A stretch of 64,000 bases of DNA from the human T2T-CHM13v2.0 reference genome, Homo sapiens. Made by a program: the position numbers and the translations under genes. Below the pieces are notes generated by a model. That model did no database searches and was not told the origin of the DNA. It worked only from the letters and a program-made list of their open reading frames with translations. Location: the NCBI RefSeq assembly GCF_009914755.1, contig NC_060937.1; one strand, 5' to 3'. Shown here piece by piece: positions 1-14,092 of this stretch; position 1 is the stretch's first letter; each line of letters opens with the position of its first letter.

Positions 1-1708
1 CTTGCCTGATTGCCCTGGCCAGAATTTCCAATACTATGTTGAATAGGAGTGGTGAGAGAGGGCATCCTTGTCTTGTGCTGGTTTTCAGAGGGAATGGTTC
101 CACCTTTTGCCCATTCAGTATGATATTGGCTCTGGGTTTTTCATAAATAGCTCTTATTATTTTGAGATAAATTCCATCAATACCTAGTTTATTTTTAGCA
201 TGAAAGGCTGTTTAATTTTTTTGAAGGCCTTTTCTGCATCTATTGAGATAATCATGTGGTTTTTGTCGTTGGTTCTGTTTATTGATGGATTACATTTTTT
301 GATTTGCATATGTTGAACCAGCCTTCCATCCCAGGGATGAAGCCCACTTGATCGTGGTAGGTAAGCGTTTTGATGTGCTGCTGGATTTGGTTTGCCATTA
401 TTTTATTGAGGATTTTTGCATCAATGTTCTTCAGGGATATTAGCCTGAAATTTTCTTTTTTTGTTGTGTCTCTGCCAGGTTTTGGTATCAGGATGATGCT
501 GGACTCATAAAATGAATTAGGGAGGAGTCCCTCTTTTTCTATTGTTTGGAATAGTTTCAGAAGGAATGGTACCAACTCCTGTTTGTACCACTGGTAGAAT
601 TTGGCTGTGAATCTGTCTGGTCTTGGGTTTTTTTGGTTGGTAGGGTATTACTACCTCAATTTCACAACTTTTTATTGGTCTATTCAGGGATTCGACTTTT
701 TACTGGTTTAGTGTTGGGAGGGTGTTATGTGTCCAGGAATTTTTCCTCTTCTTCCGGATTTTCTAGTTTATTTGTGTAGAGGTGTTTTTAGTATTCTCTG
801 ATGGTAGTTTGTTAATCTTTTCAAAAAACCAGCTCCTGGATTCATTGATTTTTTGAAGTTCTTTTTTCATGTCTCTATCTCCTTCAGTTCTGCTCTGATC
901 TTAGTTATTTCTCGCCTTCTGCTTGCTTTTGAATTTGTTTGCTCTTGCTTCTCTAGTTATTTTAATTGTGATGTTAGGATGTTGATTTTGGATCTTTCCC
1001 ACTTTCTCTTGTGGGCATTTAGTGCTATAAATTTCCCTCTAAACACTGCTTTAGCTGTGTCCAGGCGATTCTGGTACATTGTGTCTTTGTTCTCATTGGT
1101 TTCAAAGAACTTATTTATTTCTGCCTTAATTTTGTTATTTACCCAGTAGTCATTCAGGAGCAGGTTGTTCAGTTTCTACTTAATTGTGCAGTTTTGAATG
1201 AGTTTCTTAATCCTGAGTTCTAATTTGATTGCACTGGGGTCTGAGAGTGTTTGCTATGATTTCCATTCTTTTTCATTTGCTGAGGAGTGTTTTACTTCCA
1301 ATTATGTGGTCAATTTCAGAATAAGTGCAATGTGATGCTGAGAAAAACGTATATTCTGTTGATTTGGCGTGGAGAGTTCTTTAGATGTCTATTAGGTCCA
1401 CCTGGTCCAGAGCTGAGTTCAAGTCCTGGATATCCTTGTTAATTTTCTGTCTTGTTGATCTGTCTAATATTGACAGTGGGGTATTAAAATTTCCTACTAT
1501 TATTATGTGGGATTCTAAGTCTATTTGTAGGTCTCTAAGAACTTGCTTTATGAATCTGGGTGCTCCTGTATTGGGTGCATGTGTATTTAGGATAGTTAGG
1601 TCTTCTTGTTGCATTGATCACTTTACCATTATGTAATGCCCTTCTTTGTCTTTTTTGATGTCTGTTGGTTTAAAGTCTGTTTTATCAGAGACTAGGATTG
1701 CAACCACT

Positions 1709-1758
<50 letters not shown>

Positions 1759-1960
1759 TTCCATTTGCTTGGTAAATCCTCCTCCATCCCTTTATTTTTA
1801 GCCTATGTGTGTCTTTGCACATGAGATGGATCTCCAGAATACAGCACAACAATGGGTCTTGACCCTTTATCCAATTTGCCAGTCTGTATCTTTTAATTGG
1901 GTCATTTAGCCTATTTACATTTAAAGTTAGGATTGTTTTGTGTGAATTTGATCCTGTCAT
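1..1960 (-). pseudogene. Disrupted L1 ORF2 (endonuclease and start of RT)
   Basis: ATG at 1960 (MTGSNSHKTILTLNVN). Fragments at 1381-1614 and 279-575. Broken by a poly(A) expansion, stops and an internal deletion near 810. Confidence 0.92.
1715..1755. repeat. T41 homopolymer inside L1 ORF2
   Basis: 41 uninterrupted T at a position where L1 normally has a short A-run. Confidence 0.95.
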
Positions 1961-2023
1961 TATGATGCTAGCTGGTTATTTTGCCCATTAGTTGATTCAG
2001 TTTCTTCATAGTGTCGATGGTGT

Positions 2024-3043
2024 TTACAATTCGGTATGTTTTTGCAGTGGCTGCTACCGGTTTTTCCTTTCCATATTTAGTGCTTCTTTATGAGCTCTTG
2101 TAAAGCAGGGCTGGTGGTGACAAAATCTCTCAGAATTTGCTTATCTGTAAAGGATTTTATTTCTCATTCACTTATGAAGCTTAGTTTGACTGGATAAGAA
2201 ATTCTGGGTTGAAAATTATTTTCTTTAAGAATGCTGAATATTGGCCCCCACTCTCTTCTGGCTTGTAGGATTTCTGTAGAAAGATCCACTGTTAGTCTGA
2301 TGGTCTTCCCTTTATGGGAACCTTTCTCTCTGGCTGCCCTTAACATTTTTTCCTTAATTTCAACATTGGTGAACCTGACTATTATGTGTCTTGGGGTTGC
2401 TCTTCTTGAGGAGTATCTTTGTGGTGTTCTCTGTATTTCCTGAATTTGAATGTTGGCCTGTCTTGCTAGTTTGGGGAAGTTCTCCTGGTTAATATCCTGA
2501 AGAGTGTTTTCCAACTTGGTTCCATTCTCCCCGTCACTTTCAGGTACACCAATCAAACGTAGTGTTTGGTCTTTTCACATAGTCCCATATTTCTTGGAGG
2601 CTTTGTTTGTTCCTTTTCATTCTTTTTTTCTCTAATATTGTCTTCATTCTTTATTTCATTAAGTTGATCTTCGATCTCTGATATCCTTTCTTCTGCTTGA
2701 ATGATTCAGCTATTGATACTTGTGTATTCTTCAAGAAGTTCTCATACTGGGTTTTTCAGCTCCATCAGGTCATTTATGTTCTACTCTAAACTCGTTATTC
2801 TAGTTAGCCTTCCCTCTAACTTTTTTCAAGCTTCTTAGCTTCCTTGCATTGGGTTAGAACATGCTCCTTTAGCTTGGAGGAGTTTCTTATTACCCAGCTT
2901 CTGAAGCACACTTCTGTCAATTCATCAAACTCATTCTCCATCCAATTTTGTTCCCTTGCTGTAGAGGAGTTCTGATCCTTTGGAGGAGAAGAGGCTTTCT
3001 TGTTTTTGGAATTTTCAGCCTTTTTGTGCTGGATTTTCCTTAT
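2024..3043 (-). pseudogene. Disrupted L1 ORF1
   Basis: ORF1p fragments in ORFs 2164-2556 and 2816-3400. The start codon appears mutated to ATA (3043-3041). TAA at 2026-2024. Confidence 0.88.
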
Positions 3044-4377
3044 CTTCATGGATTTATCTACCTTTGGTCTTTGATGTTGGTGACTTTTGGATGGGGTTTG
3101 TCTGTGGATGTCCTTTGTTGATGCTATTCCTTTCTGTTTGTTAGTTTTCCATCTAACAGTCAGGACCCTCTGCTGCAGGTCTGCTGGAGTTTGCTGGGGG
3201 TCCACTCCAGACCCTCTTTGCCTGGGTATCACCAGCAGAGGCTGCAAAACAGCAAAGATTGCTGCCTGGTCCTTCCTTTGGAAGCTTTGTTCCAGAGGGG
3301 CACCTGCCAGATGCCAGCCAGAGCTCTCCTGTATGAGGTGTCTATTGATCCCTGCTGGTAGGTGTCTTCCAGTCAGGAGACATGGGCACCAGGGACCCAC
3401 TTGAGGAGGCAGTCTGTCCCTTAGCAGAGGTCTAGTGCTGTGCTGGGAGATCCACTGTTCTCTTCAGAGTTGGCAGGCTGGAACGTTTAAGTCTGCTGAA
3501 GCTGCGTCCACAGCTGCCCCTTCCCTCAGGTGCTCTGTCCTAGGGAGATGGGAGTTTTATTTATAATGCCCTGACTGGGGCTGCTGCCTTTCTTTCAGAG
3601 ATGCCATACCCAGAGAGGATGAATCTAGAGAGGCAGTCTGGCTACAGCGGTTTACTGAGCTGCAGTGTGCTCTGCCCAGTTTGAACTTCCCAGAGGCTTT
3701 GTTTACACTGTGAGGGGAAAACCACCTACTCAAGCCTCAATAATGGTGGACACCCCTCCCCACACAAAGCTTGAGCATCCCAAGTGGACTTCAGACTGCT
3801 GTGCTGGCAGCAAGAATTTCAAGCCAGTAGATCTTAGCTTGTGGGGTTGGGATCCACTGAGCCAGACCACTTGGCTCCCTGGCTTTGGCCTCCTTTCCAG
3901 GGGAGTGTGTGGTTCTGTCTCGCTGGCATTCCAGGCACCACTGGTGTATGAAAAAAAACTCATGCAGCTAGCTCAGTGTCTGCCCAAACAGGAGCCCAGT
4001 TTTGTGCTTGAAACCCAGGGCCCTGGTGGCGTAGGCACCCAAGGGAATCTCCTGTTCTGCGGGTTCTGAAGACCATGGGAAAAGCATAGTATCTGGGCCG
4101 GAATGCACTGTTCTTCATGGCACAGTCCCTCATGGCTTCCTTTGGCTAGAGGAAGGAGTTCCCTGACCCCTTTCACTTCCTGGGTGAGGTGCCCTGAAGC
4201 AGGGTGAAGCACCCTGCTTCAGCTCGGCCTCCGTGAGCTGCACCCACTGTCTAACCAGTCCCAGTGAGATGAACCGGGTACCTCCGTTGGAAATGCAGAA
4301 ATCAGATGCCTTCTGGGTTGATTTTGCTGGGAGCTACAGACTGTGCTGTTCCTATTCAGACAGCTTGCCAGCCACCC
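3044..4377 (-). promoter_or_regulatory. L1 5' UTR (sense and antisense promoter region), CpG-depleted, YY1 motif degenerate
   Basis: Lies upstream of ORF1. Reads CAAGCTGTCTG where the YY1 consensus is CAAGATGGC(C/G)G. Confidence 0.75.
3743..4069 (+). other. L1 antisense ORF0-homologous open frame (108 aa)
   Basis: ATG at 3743 in ATAATGG context. MVDTPPHTKLEHPKWTSDCCAGS aligns with L1HS ORF0 MAGAPPPASLPPCSLISDCCAS. Confidence 0.6.
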
Positions 4378-5959
4378 AACTTATTCTTTAAAGAAAAGCA
4401 TGCCTTATCTTTTACTTCTCGACGTGATCTTTTGTCACATGAGATTCTTTGATGTTATATTTAACTTTAGCATCTATTGTAGGATCAGTCTCAATGCTTT
4501 CAGTCAACTTGAATCTTATCTGTATATAACTTATTCAATAAAAGACTTAGTTTAAGTATTCTCTACCATGAAATTTGTTCCTAGAAGTTGTGAATGAGTC
4601 ATTTTTATGACTGCTCTAAGGCAAGCAGTCTATGACTGAACACATTTCAGCCTATTATATTCTATATGAAAGATAGTAATCTCAAGAATAAGAGATTGTT
4701 TAGACTGTATAGGTCTCCATATGAATTTAACACTCTTATTCAGTATGGTAATAGTCCATTTCCTTTTTTGTTTAAATATAGATTAATAAAGTAAAATTTT
4801 CAGACTATGACATTTATCTCAGGGCTAGAAATGGTTCGAACCACTGAAAAATGACAATTTTCTATTTCATAAATATCCTACCTTGGCATAATCTAAAATT
4901 CAAGTCAATAACTCTAATACATTTAAGTTGTTAATACACTGTGCTGAGGAAGGGATTCTAGTAGAAACCATATTAAAGATTTAAAAAATTAACTGGAACA
5001 CAAGTGATGAATATGATAAATGAGAAAAGTAATTATAAAAATATTTTCAAGATTTGGGCCCTTAAACTTCCCCAAACCTGGACAACTGGAGTAGAATACA
5101 AGGTATAAGGTTTCTTTCTTTATATTACAGAAGGTATAAAAATATGATAATAAATTTAAATATTGTTTGGTGTTCAGATCAAAATCAAAACTGAGTTTAC
5201 TAATGGAATTTCAAACCCCTGCATATTTGGAACTTAATCTAAAATTGATAGAATACTTTTTGTAGGGATGATTTACAATATCTATGTTTTAAGTCACTAT
5301 TTTTTTAAGTAGACATGAACATTTGGGGTTTCTAGAAAACTAAGTCAAAAGTCTGTGCTGATTTTAGAAATATCATTAAGAGACTTAGCTTACACAAGAA
5401 CAACTGGATGAGAAAACCATTATTTTTTTCATAATCAAGTGAATACAATTATTGCAAGAATGGCCTTTCCTCTGCTTCTTATAGAGGACTTTTCTCTACT
5501 TCCCCTTTTTAAAGGGAAGAGTCTTAATTTGTCCTCTGAATTCCATCACCTTTCACTTACGTCAGTGTGTAGTATCTACAAGATTCCTCCTTTTTCCCTT
5601 GCAACTTTATCTTCAGTCTGTTATATTATTTTCATGACCTTATGAATATGCTCTTGGCCATTTTATTAAATCAAGTGAAACACAGCCCAAACCAATGAAA
5701 TCAAACCAACACAAATCCAAAGCACAAATACACAAATAAAATCTTTCTCATCCCATAAACTATGTCCCAGTAAAATTCTGATAAAAGTTATAGGTATCTA
5801 GTGTCTTTACTTAGTTATCATTGATTATTACTTTGCAAACTCAAACTAGATTTATGTCTTCAGTCCTTCACTGAAAGTGTTTTTAATCATGTCCTTCCTG
5901 ATTCCTCTTCTACCAAGTCCTACTCGTTGAAATTACCTATAAATCGTAGATTCAAATGG

Positions 5960-8280
5960 TCAATTTTTACCTTAAAAACAATGCTACTAGGATTATTATG
6001 GGATGGCACTGCATCTACAGGTCAATTTGGAAATAATTTAAAAATCTTTAAATATTTTGGATTTTCCAACAGATAAACATAACAGAACTTTTCATTTATT
6101 TATTTCAAATTAGCTTATGTTTAGTATCAATATTATATTTAGTATCACTATAAAAGGTAAATATTTTTACCTTTTACTTTCCAATTGTTTGCTGGTTTTA
6201 TATAAAATTAACAATTTTTTAGTAATAAATTTGATTCCTCTGATCGTTTACACATTACTTTAGTAGTTTTTGTGTGGAACCTATGGTTTCTATATAAACA
6301 ACTATGCCATGTGTGACTATATATGTAATACATTTTTTCCTTCACCAGCTTTATGCTTTCATTCATTTTTCTAAGATATTCAGGCATTGATGTACCCTTG
6401 CTTTCTTATTACTATTAAGGTAAATATATTTCAAAGTTTATTATTAAGTTTCATGCTTAATGGGTTCTCTATCAGTTGCGGTTTCTTTTGAATCTTAGTT
6501 TGCTACAAATTTTAATCACGAAGGTTTATTTGAACTTGTAAACTATTTCTGGATCTATTTAAATGATCCTAATGATTCGCTCCTTTATTCCATTATACTG
6601 AATAATTTTGGATGTAAAATCAACTTTGCATTTGTAAAATAAATAACAATTGCTTATATTTACATATTCCTGAATTAGATTTGCCAACAAATTATTGTAT
6701 GTTCTTGAGAGATTGTCAAAACTTGTGCTGGTTCTGAGATTTTACACCACAGGTACTTGCAGGCTAACAAGTAGCTGATCTTAGCTTCATCAATACTAGC
6801 AGAAGGCAAAGACGCCTAGGCCCAGCATAATGTACTTTTAATCATAGCCAGAGTTTTATGTTCATTGGTATCAGCTCTCCATGTCCTCTGCATAGAGGTC
6901 AGCATCAATGTTTGCACATACAGTGGGTTGTGTTCATTATAGGTAAATGGAGTTTGGAGTATTCACTGTTTTATATCAAATGAAAGCTAGTCTGCTGTCT
7001 GATCTGGGTGTTATATAACTCATCTCTCAGGTTATTCCCTGCAAACAACGAGAGATGGTCTTGGTAAAGACTGTTCAGAGCTTTACATTTTGGGCATGAG
7101 CAGTAAAAACATGTATGAATGCTCAGGGCCAATGGAAGATTGCCTGTTGCAACAGGGACTTTGTCTATAATAGTATGTATCATTATTATTATTGTAATGT
7201 TATTGCTTGGTTTTGATATCAAGATCACTGTGGCCTCATAAAATAAGTTGGGTAGCATTTTCTACTTCTGTATTTTTAAAATAGTCTGTGAAATATTGCA
7301 TTTTCACTTCTTTAAATGTCTGATAAATGTAATCGAGTAATTATGGGAGTATCAGATTATGTAATTCATATTGTTAGTGTTTGTATATTTTACCTTTAAG
7401 AAATAAGATTTAAACTTCTTACTTTGGTTTCTACATTGTTTATTAATTTCCAAACATATTGAATTTCCAAGGTGTCATTGTACTTTCATTTAATTCCAAT
7501 TGTTGTAAAAAATGTACTTTATTATTCAATATTTTAAAAAGCTTGAGAGTATTTTATGGCCTAAAATTGTGTCCACCTTATTGACTCTATCTCATATCTT
7601 CAAAATACTGTAGTTTTTTTCCCTATATTTGCTAGATATTATGTCTATAAATATGAATTATACAAACTGGTTCATAATATTTTTCATTTGTTAATACGAT
7701 TAGAATCATCTATGTCATTTTTTAAAGTTGCCTGTCAATTGCTAAGATAGAGATGTTATTTCTACAATATGATTGAAAATGTTTTTATATCCTTTGGTTA
7801 TAATAGTTTTACTTTAGATATTTTGAAGGTCTGTTACATTTATACACATTTATGACTCTCATTTCATACTGAAGAATTTTCACTTCTATCTTTCTGCCAT
7901 ATTTCTCATTATCTCTGAAATAGTCTTCTAACTGCTGTACACTATACCTACTAGAGCCTACACTTATTCTTTTTTATGTAATATTAATATAGCAACTTTA
8001 GCCTTCCTATATTCATGAATTGCTAGGTATGTCATTTTACAGGAATTTGTTTTCAAACTACTTTCTGTAATATTTAAAATATGTCGCTTGAAGATTGACT
8101 ATATTTATTTTACCTTTCAGACTATTGTAATAATTTCTATTTTTTAGTTATATTTTGTCTGCTAACAGTTAATCATCAATGTAGTTGGGTTTATTATTTT
8201 ATTTTTCATTTTCTATTTGTGCCTCATTTTTATTTCTGTGCTACTCCTTTCCTATGTTTTTGGAAACATACTAGTTGAAT
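5960..8280 (-). mobile_element. Old L1M (mammalian-wide) ORF2 fragments, interrupted by an LTR
   Basis: Degenerate L1-like text. ORF 6971-7258 begins LPNLFYEATVILISKP, matching the ORF2 motif [16 protein letters not shown]. Boundaries approximate. Confidence 0.6.
6714..7154 (-). mobile_element. Solo LTR, LTR40-like (ERVL)
   Basis: TG...CA ends. The minus-strand start TGTTGCAACAGGCAATCTTCCATTGGCCC..GCATTC resembles LTR40. Degenerate 5-bp TSD GAGAT/GGGAC inside the host L1M. Confidence 0.6.
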
Positions 8281-8290
8281 TTCTTTTGTA

Positions 8291-8695
<405 letters not shown>

Positions 8696-8699
8696 TGAA

Positions 8700-9000
8700 T
8701 TATTTTCATTGTATATATTTAAGGATATGATATATTGACCTACTTATACATCGTGAAATAATAACTATAGTCAAGAAAATTAACGTATTCAATTGTTATC
8801 TTATTTGTTATAAATCTACACCTAAAATCTACTCTTTTAGCAAAAGTCCCAAATACAGTACAATATTATTAGGCATAGTCTTCAGGTGGTATATAAGATT
8901 TCTAGACTTATTCATCCTGCGTATCTGCAACCTTGTATTATTTGATATATATCTCTCCCTGCCCCACCACACCACCAGTAACCACCATTTTATCCTCAAT
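8700..9000 (-). mobile_element. L1MA-type 3' UTR fragment
   Basis: AAAATCTACTCTTTTAGCAA and TCTAGACTTATTCATCCT motifs typical of L1MA 3' ends. Confidence 0.65.
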
Positions 9001-10104
9001 CTCTTTTTAGATAAACTGTTTTGAATGTTACTAGAGTTTGCCTTAGCGATTATTATACACATAATTCATTTTTCACAGTCTACAATAGACAGTATTTTAC
9101 TACTTTCTATAAAAATATAGAAACTTTGTATAGGTCTTATTACTCTCCACCTTTTGTGTTGTAGATATGTATTACGTATATATGCATAATAATCCACGTG
9201 AGACAATGTTATAAATTTTTATTTTAAATTAAGTATTTTGGGAATTCAAAGTGTCTCAAAATAATAATTTTTATCTAAAAATATATTTTGAATTTTTCCA
9301 TTCTGCATTCTTCCCTGATGATCTGAATTTCCTTGTAGTGTCCTTTTTTTTAGATTTTTTTGTAGCGTAGGCTAGCACAACACAATATTGTTAGACTTTG
9401 ATTATTTTTTTATTTGCTTAATTTTATTTTTTCTTCTGTTTTAATCACTATCCACTTACAAGATTTCCCTCAGCATCTGCTCACATGCGATCAGTCTCCA
9501 GGCCCTTCATGTAGTAGGATTTTTTTTTTTGTCTGCATTTTATAGTTTTATGTTTGTTTTATCTGCGTAGTTCAGTTGAAGAGGAGACTACCCAGACACT
9601 CATAACTACTATGTCTCAACTTTATTTCTAAGGATATATATTTTTTTTTTACTGAGGATAAAGTTGATATTTGAAGTGTTTCATTTGTTTTATTTTGCCT
9701 TACACATTAAATATATTGTTCCATTTTCTTCTGGATTTATATATTTCTCAAGAAAAGTTATCATTTACTTAATGCGTTGTTCTGTTCCACTGTGCATAAT
9801 ACGTATTTTTATGTTGAATATTTCAAGATTTTCTCTAAGCTTTGGTTTTAAGATTTTTTTATTATAGTGTGCATAGATGTGATTTTCTTCACATTTTAAA
9901 AATCATGATATTTAAACAATTTGTTGTGTAAACTAATCCTTACTCTTGAAGCCTCAATTGTAGATCTAAATAATTGAAGAAGGTGATCTCTATGAACTCA
10001 CAAAAGATAAAATCAACTAAGAAAGAGAAAAATGAACAGAGACTGTACATTATTCTCTGACTTGGCTGAATATCTAAAATTTGGAAAACAAATAGGAGTC
10101 TCAG

Positions 10105-10515
10105 TGACACAGTTTTGATGTTTGTCCCTTCTCAAATCTCATATTGAATTATAATCCCCAATGCTGGAGGTGGGTCCTGGTAGGAGGTGTTTGAGGCATG
10201 GGGGCAGATCCTTCATGGCTTGGTGCTGTCTTCAAAACAGTAAGTTCTCATGAGATGTTAGTTATTCAAATGTGTGCGGCACCCTCCCACTCTCTCTCTC
10301 CCTCGCCCCTGTTTTCAGCATGTGAAGTGCCTGCTCCTGCTTTGATTTCTGCCATGACTGAAAGCTCCCCAAGACTTCACTAGAAGCTGAGCATATGCCA
10401 GCAGCATGCTTGCTGTAAAGCCTGCAGAACTCTGAGCCAACTAAACCTCTTTTTAAAAAATAAAATTCCCAGTCTCAGGTATTTCTTCATAGCAAGGCAA
10501 GAACAGCCTAATATA
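10105..10515 (+). mobile_element. MaLR solo LTR (MSTB-like)
   Basis: TGACACAGTTTTGATGTTTGTCCC..AAATCTCAT start; ends GAACAGCCTAATATA. Confidence 0.85.
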
Positions 10516-11154
10516 AGAGAAAGACATTTTTTAACCTGGTTGTAAAATATAATAATTCCTCTGGAGCTATTAATTCTGTGTATTTCTCAACTAACATTTC
10601 AGCTCTCATAGCTGAAACTTATTTTGCTTCCTGGACCACAATGTCTAAATGTTAAGACTTATACTCATCAACTAGCATTATCTTCTACATTTACTGTTTC
10701 TAATGATTATATATACTTTGTCACACATGTAATTTTACCACCCCTTCCCACTAAACATGTTCTTGGTTGATTACCAGATACGTGAATATCCTAAAATAAT
10801 AAGCTAGACCAGTGATTTGACATCAATGATGTGACAGAAAAAAATTCCAAAATATTTTAATATTGGTTATTAAAGTTTTTATTTAAAATGTTTTATTGTA
10901 TTTTTGAATAGATTTCTCTAGGCTACAATTAATAAATTATGTATAGAGGGTAAATATTAAATATTTATATTCATGAATCTTATTAGTATATATTTAGCTT
11001 AGCTCTAAATTTCCTTTACCAAATAATTGGAAGATTATCAAAAGATATAAAATGTAAGTGTGCAAAAGAAGAATTTAAGAGAGGCCAATATATATAAAAG
11101 CAAATCCAAGCTCACTGATAGCAGAGAAGTGCACATAGAGCAAAAAAAAGCAAT

Positions 11155-11318
11155 ATTCTTGTTTCGACCTTAAGTCTTCTCACCGCAAAAAATGGTAAGT
11201 ATGAGAGGTAAGTTAAATACCTCAATTTTGCTATCGCACAATGTATACATATTTCAAAACATCATGTTGTGCAGGATAAATATATACATTATTTCAATTA
11301 AAAATAAATAAATAAAAA
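11155..11318 (+). mobile_element. L1MA-type extreme 3' end fragment
   Basis: CACAATGTATACATATTTCAAAACATCATGTTGT followed by an A-rich tail. Confidence 0.65.
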
Positions 11319-11361
11319 TGGAAGTAAATTAAGAAGATTTTCATTATAATGAAAAGAATGT

Positions 11362-11659
<298 letters not shown>

Positions 11660-13744
11660 TTAATTATGGTACAGTTAAATGATATGTTACAATTAAGAAG
11701 ATAGCTATATTTGATTGTAGAAAATAAAACATTCTCAGGCAGACCAGGCAACTGTATACAGAAAAATAATTTGTGGCCAATCAATTAAGCAATAATATGT
11801 TATAATATAGATGATATGAATGTTTTTGACACATCATTGCTTTATAAATGGATATATGTAAAAATTATATATATATGCAATAAATATATACATATTAAAT
11901 ACATATATATCTTTTTGAAGGTATACAAAAACTTTGAATAAATGCATATGTAATATATATATACATAGTTTTTCAGAATATATCCCCGCATAACTGTATA
12001 GTCAAATTAGTGTTAAAACCAAAACTATAATGAAAAGAGCATATATTTTGATTAATTACTGTACAATTAAATGATAGATTATACTGAGCTTTCAAAAATA
12101 ACAGTTTTAAAGAATCCATACTATCACAAATCTGTACTCATAATATATAGATAAGTAATTTAAAAACTGATTGTAATATGTAATAAAATAGTAGTAGTTA
12201 TGGATGTGTAGTGAATATTTAAAATTTATTTCTGAGTTTTGGATAATTAACATGCTTTACTTATTATCAAAGTAAATAAGGTAATATTTAAAATTAGACA
12301 TTGGGCAGGTGCAATTACATAGGTAATTTAATCTCAGCTAATAATAAAATAAGTAATTAGAAAGACTAGCCTAGAAATAAAAAGTGAAATATTGTAAAAC
12401 ATATATATCAATGTATTATTTCCCCAAGTTATGTTACACCATGTGTATTTATTTTTGCATTATGAATGTATTAGGGGAAAATGCAAGCATTAAATTATTT
12501 TATGTATAATTTAATGTTAATTCAAAAATATTTATTAACCATCATAATTAGTAACTTCTGAATTAGCCCCAGAAAACAATAAAACTTATAGAACTCACTT
12601 TATTTAGTGCCAAGAAAATCATCTCCCAGGTGCATGTGGAAAAGATGCAGAATTTGTATAACAATATCTACAATTCATTTAATTAATCGGTACTTACTAT
12701 ATCTCATATGCTAGTTATTGATTATACAGTAGTAGAAAAAGATCTAGAGTCTCAGCTTTTTAGAAGCTTAATTTGTAAATGGAGATTCAGATCAGAAAAC
12801 CCCAGTAAATATACTTAAAATATTTCATATTTTAAAAGATGCTATAAAATAATTAATTAATACAAGGACATAAAAATAATATACATAGATGGAATGAAGT
12901 GAGGACATGATATATGATAGGATAGTGAAGAATAGCTCCTTTGAGGATTTGATAGTTGTTGAAAATAAGATGCAAATACTTGTTTTACTTTTCTAACTAA
13001 AAACAGCAAAAAACTATATCATAGAGATAGTAAAACAAAGTAAAGTTGTCTGGCAGAGCTGTCTACCACATTAATAAATAATTTATAAGTATTATGAGAA
13101 TGTATCACCTTAAGTACTGCCAATTGGTAAGAAAAGTCAAATTCAACAATTTTTTTAAAATAAGGTTTTAAGATTGTTAGATTAGAACAGCTCATAGATG
13201 ATTTGTCTCAAGCAGTTGATATATTATTTTACATATGTAGAGGTAAGATTATAAAGTCCAACTGGAAATGAGTGTTTTAGATGACTTAACAATTAATTTA
13301 AATTTTTCATCCAAAAAGTGTCAGATCCACCCAATCTCAGATCTCAATGTGAAGATGTATTCTGATTCTGAGCAGCAAAAATTAATCGTCAGGTTTGGTC
13401 TTGAATTTTCCTCACTTTCTCGGTAATTGTTATGTGAATTTGGAGGATATATTTATCATACTTTCTCATAAAATGTGATTACATAGAAAAGACAGTGTGT
13501 TGACAATTTAAACCAAGAATAATAAGAAATATTAATAAAAATAATAAAATTTGAAACAGTGGAAATGAGCAGCACTAGATTTGATGGGAATATTAAAGGA
13601 TCAGACATTTTGAAGCTGAGGGTAATTACTTTATTTGAGTATAGGTTAACCCCCATATGCCAATTGCTTTTGCCCAACATACCTGGAACATTAGTTACTA
13701 AAGAGAAGACAGGGAGATACTGTAGATATGCGGTGAATTAAGTA

Positions 13745-14092
13745 AATGATAACTGCTTTAATAGATACTTGAAATCTCAATGGTTTAACATAAAAATATT
13801 TCAGGTGTAGGTCAGATTTCAGTGGGGTGTTCCTGGTCATACTGTTTCTCAGTGTGATTACTCAAGGGCCCAGGCTCTTCATACTTCTGGTTCCACCTTG
13901 TACAAGTTATCTCTGTTCAGCCCACTGTAGGAAGACACGGAGAGTGTTTATACCTAGTATACATGATTTCCACATACGTTTCATTGGCTCAAATGCTTAA
14001 TTACTCCAGCTGCAAAGGGGGTCATGACATATGTACTGTAGATATGTGCTAAATAGGAAAAATATATTGAAACACTTGGCATGTTCTGCCAT
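13745..14092 (-). mobile_element. Old MaLR LTR (MLT1-like)
   Basis: AAATCTCAATGGTTTAACA, ACTCAAGGGCCCAGGCT and TTCATTGGC motifs; degenerate. Confidence 0.5.

Larger units (their letters stand above)
1..4377 (-). mobile_element. LINE-1 (L1PA7/L1PA8-like), 5' UTR + ORF1 + 5' part of ORF2; continues off the left edge
   Basis: Minus strand starts GGGTGGCTGGCAAG..GAATAGGAACAGC (L1PA7-type 5' end), preceded by TT|AAAGAATAAGTT, an EN-type site. The 5' UTR is about 1.33 kb. ORF-track peptides match ORF1p (IGVPESDGENGTKLENTLQ) and ORF2p (MTGSNSH..., [10 protein letters not shown]). Confidence 0.95.
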
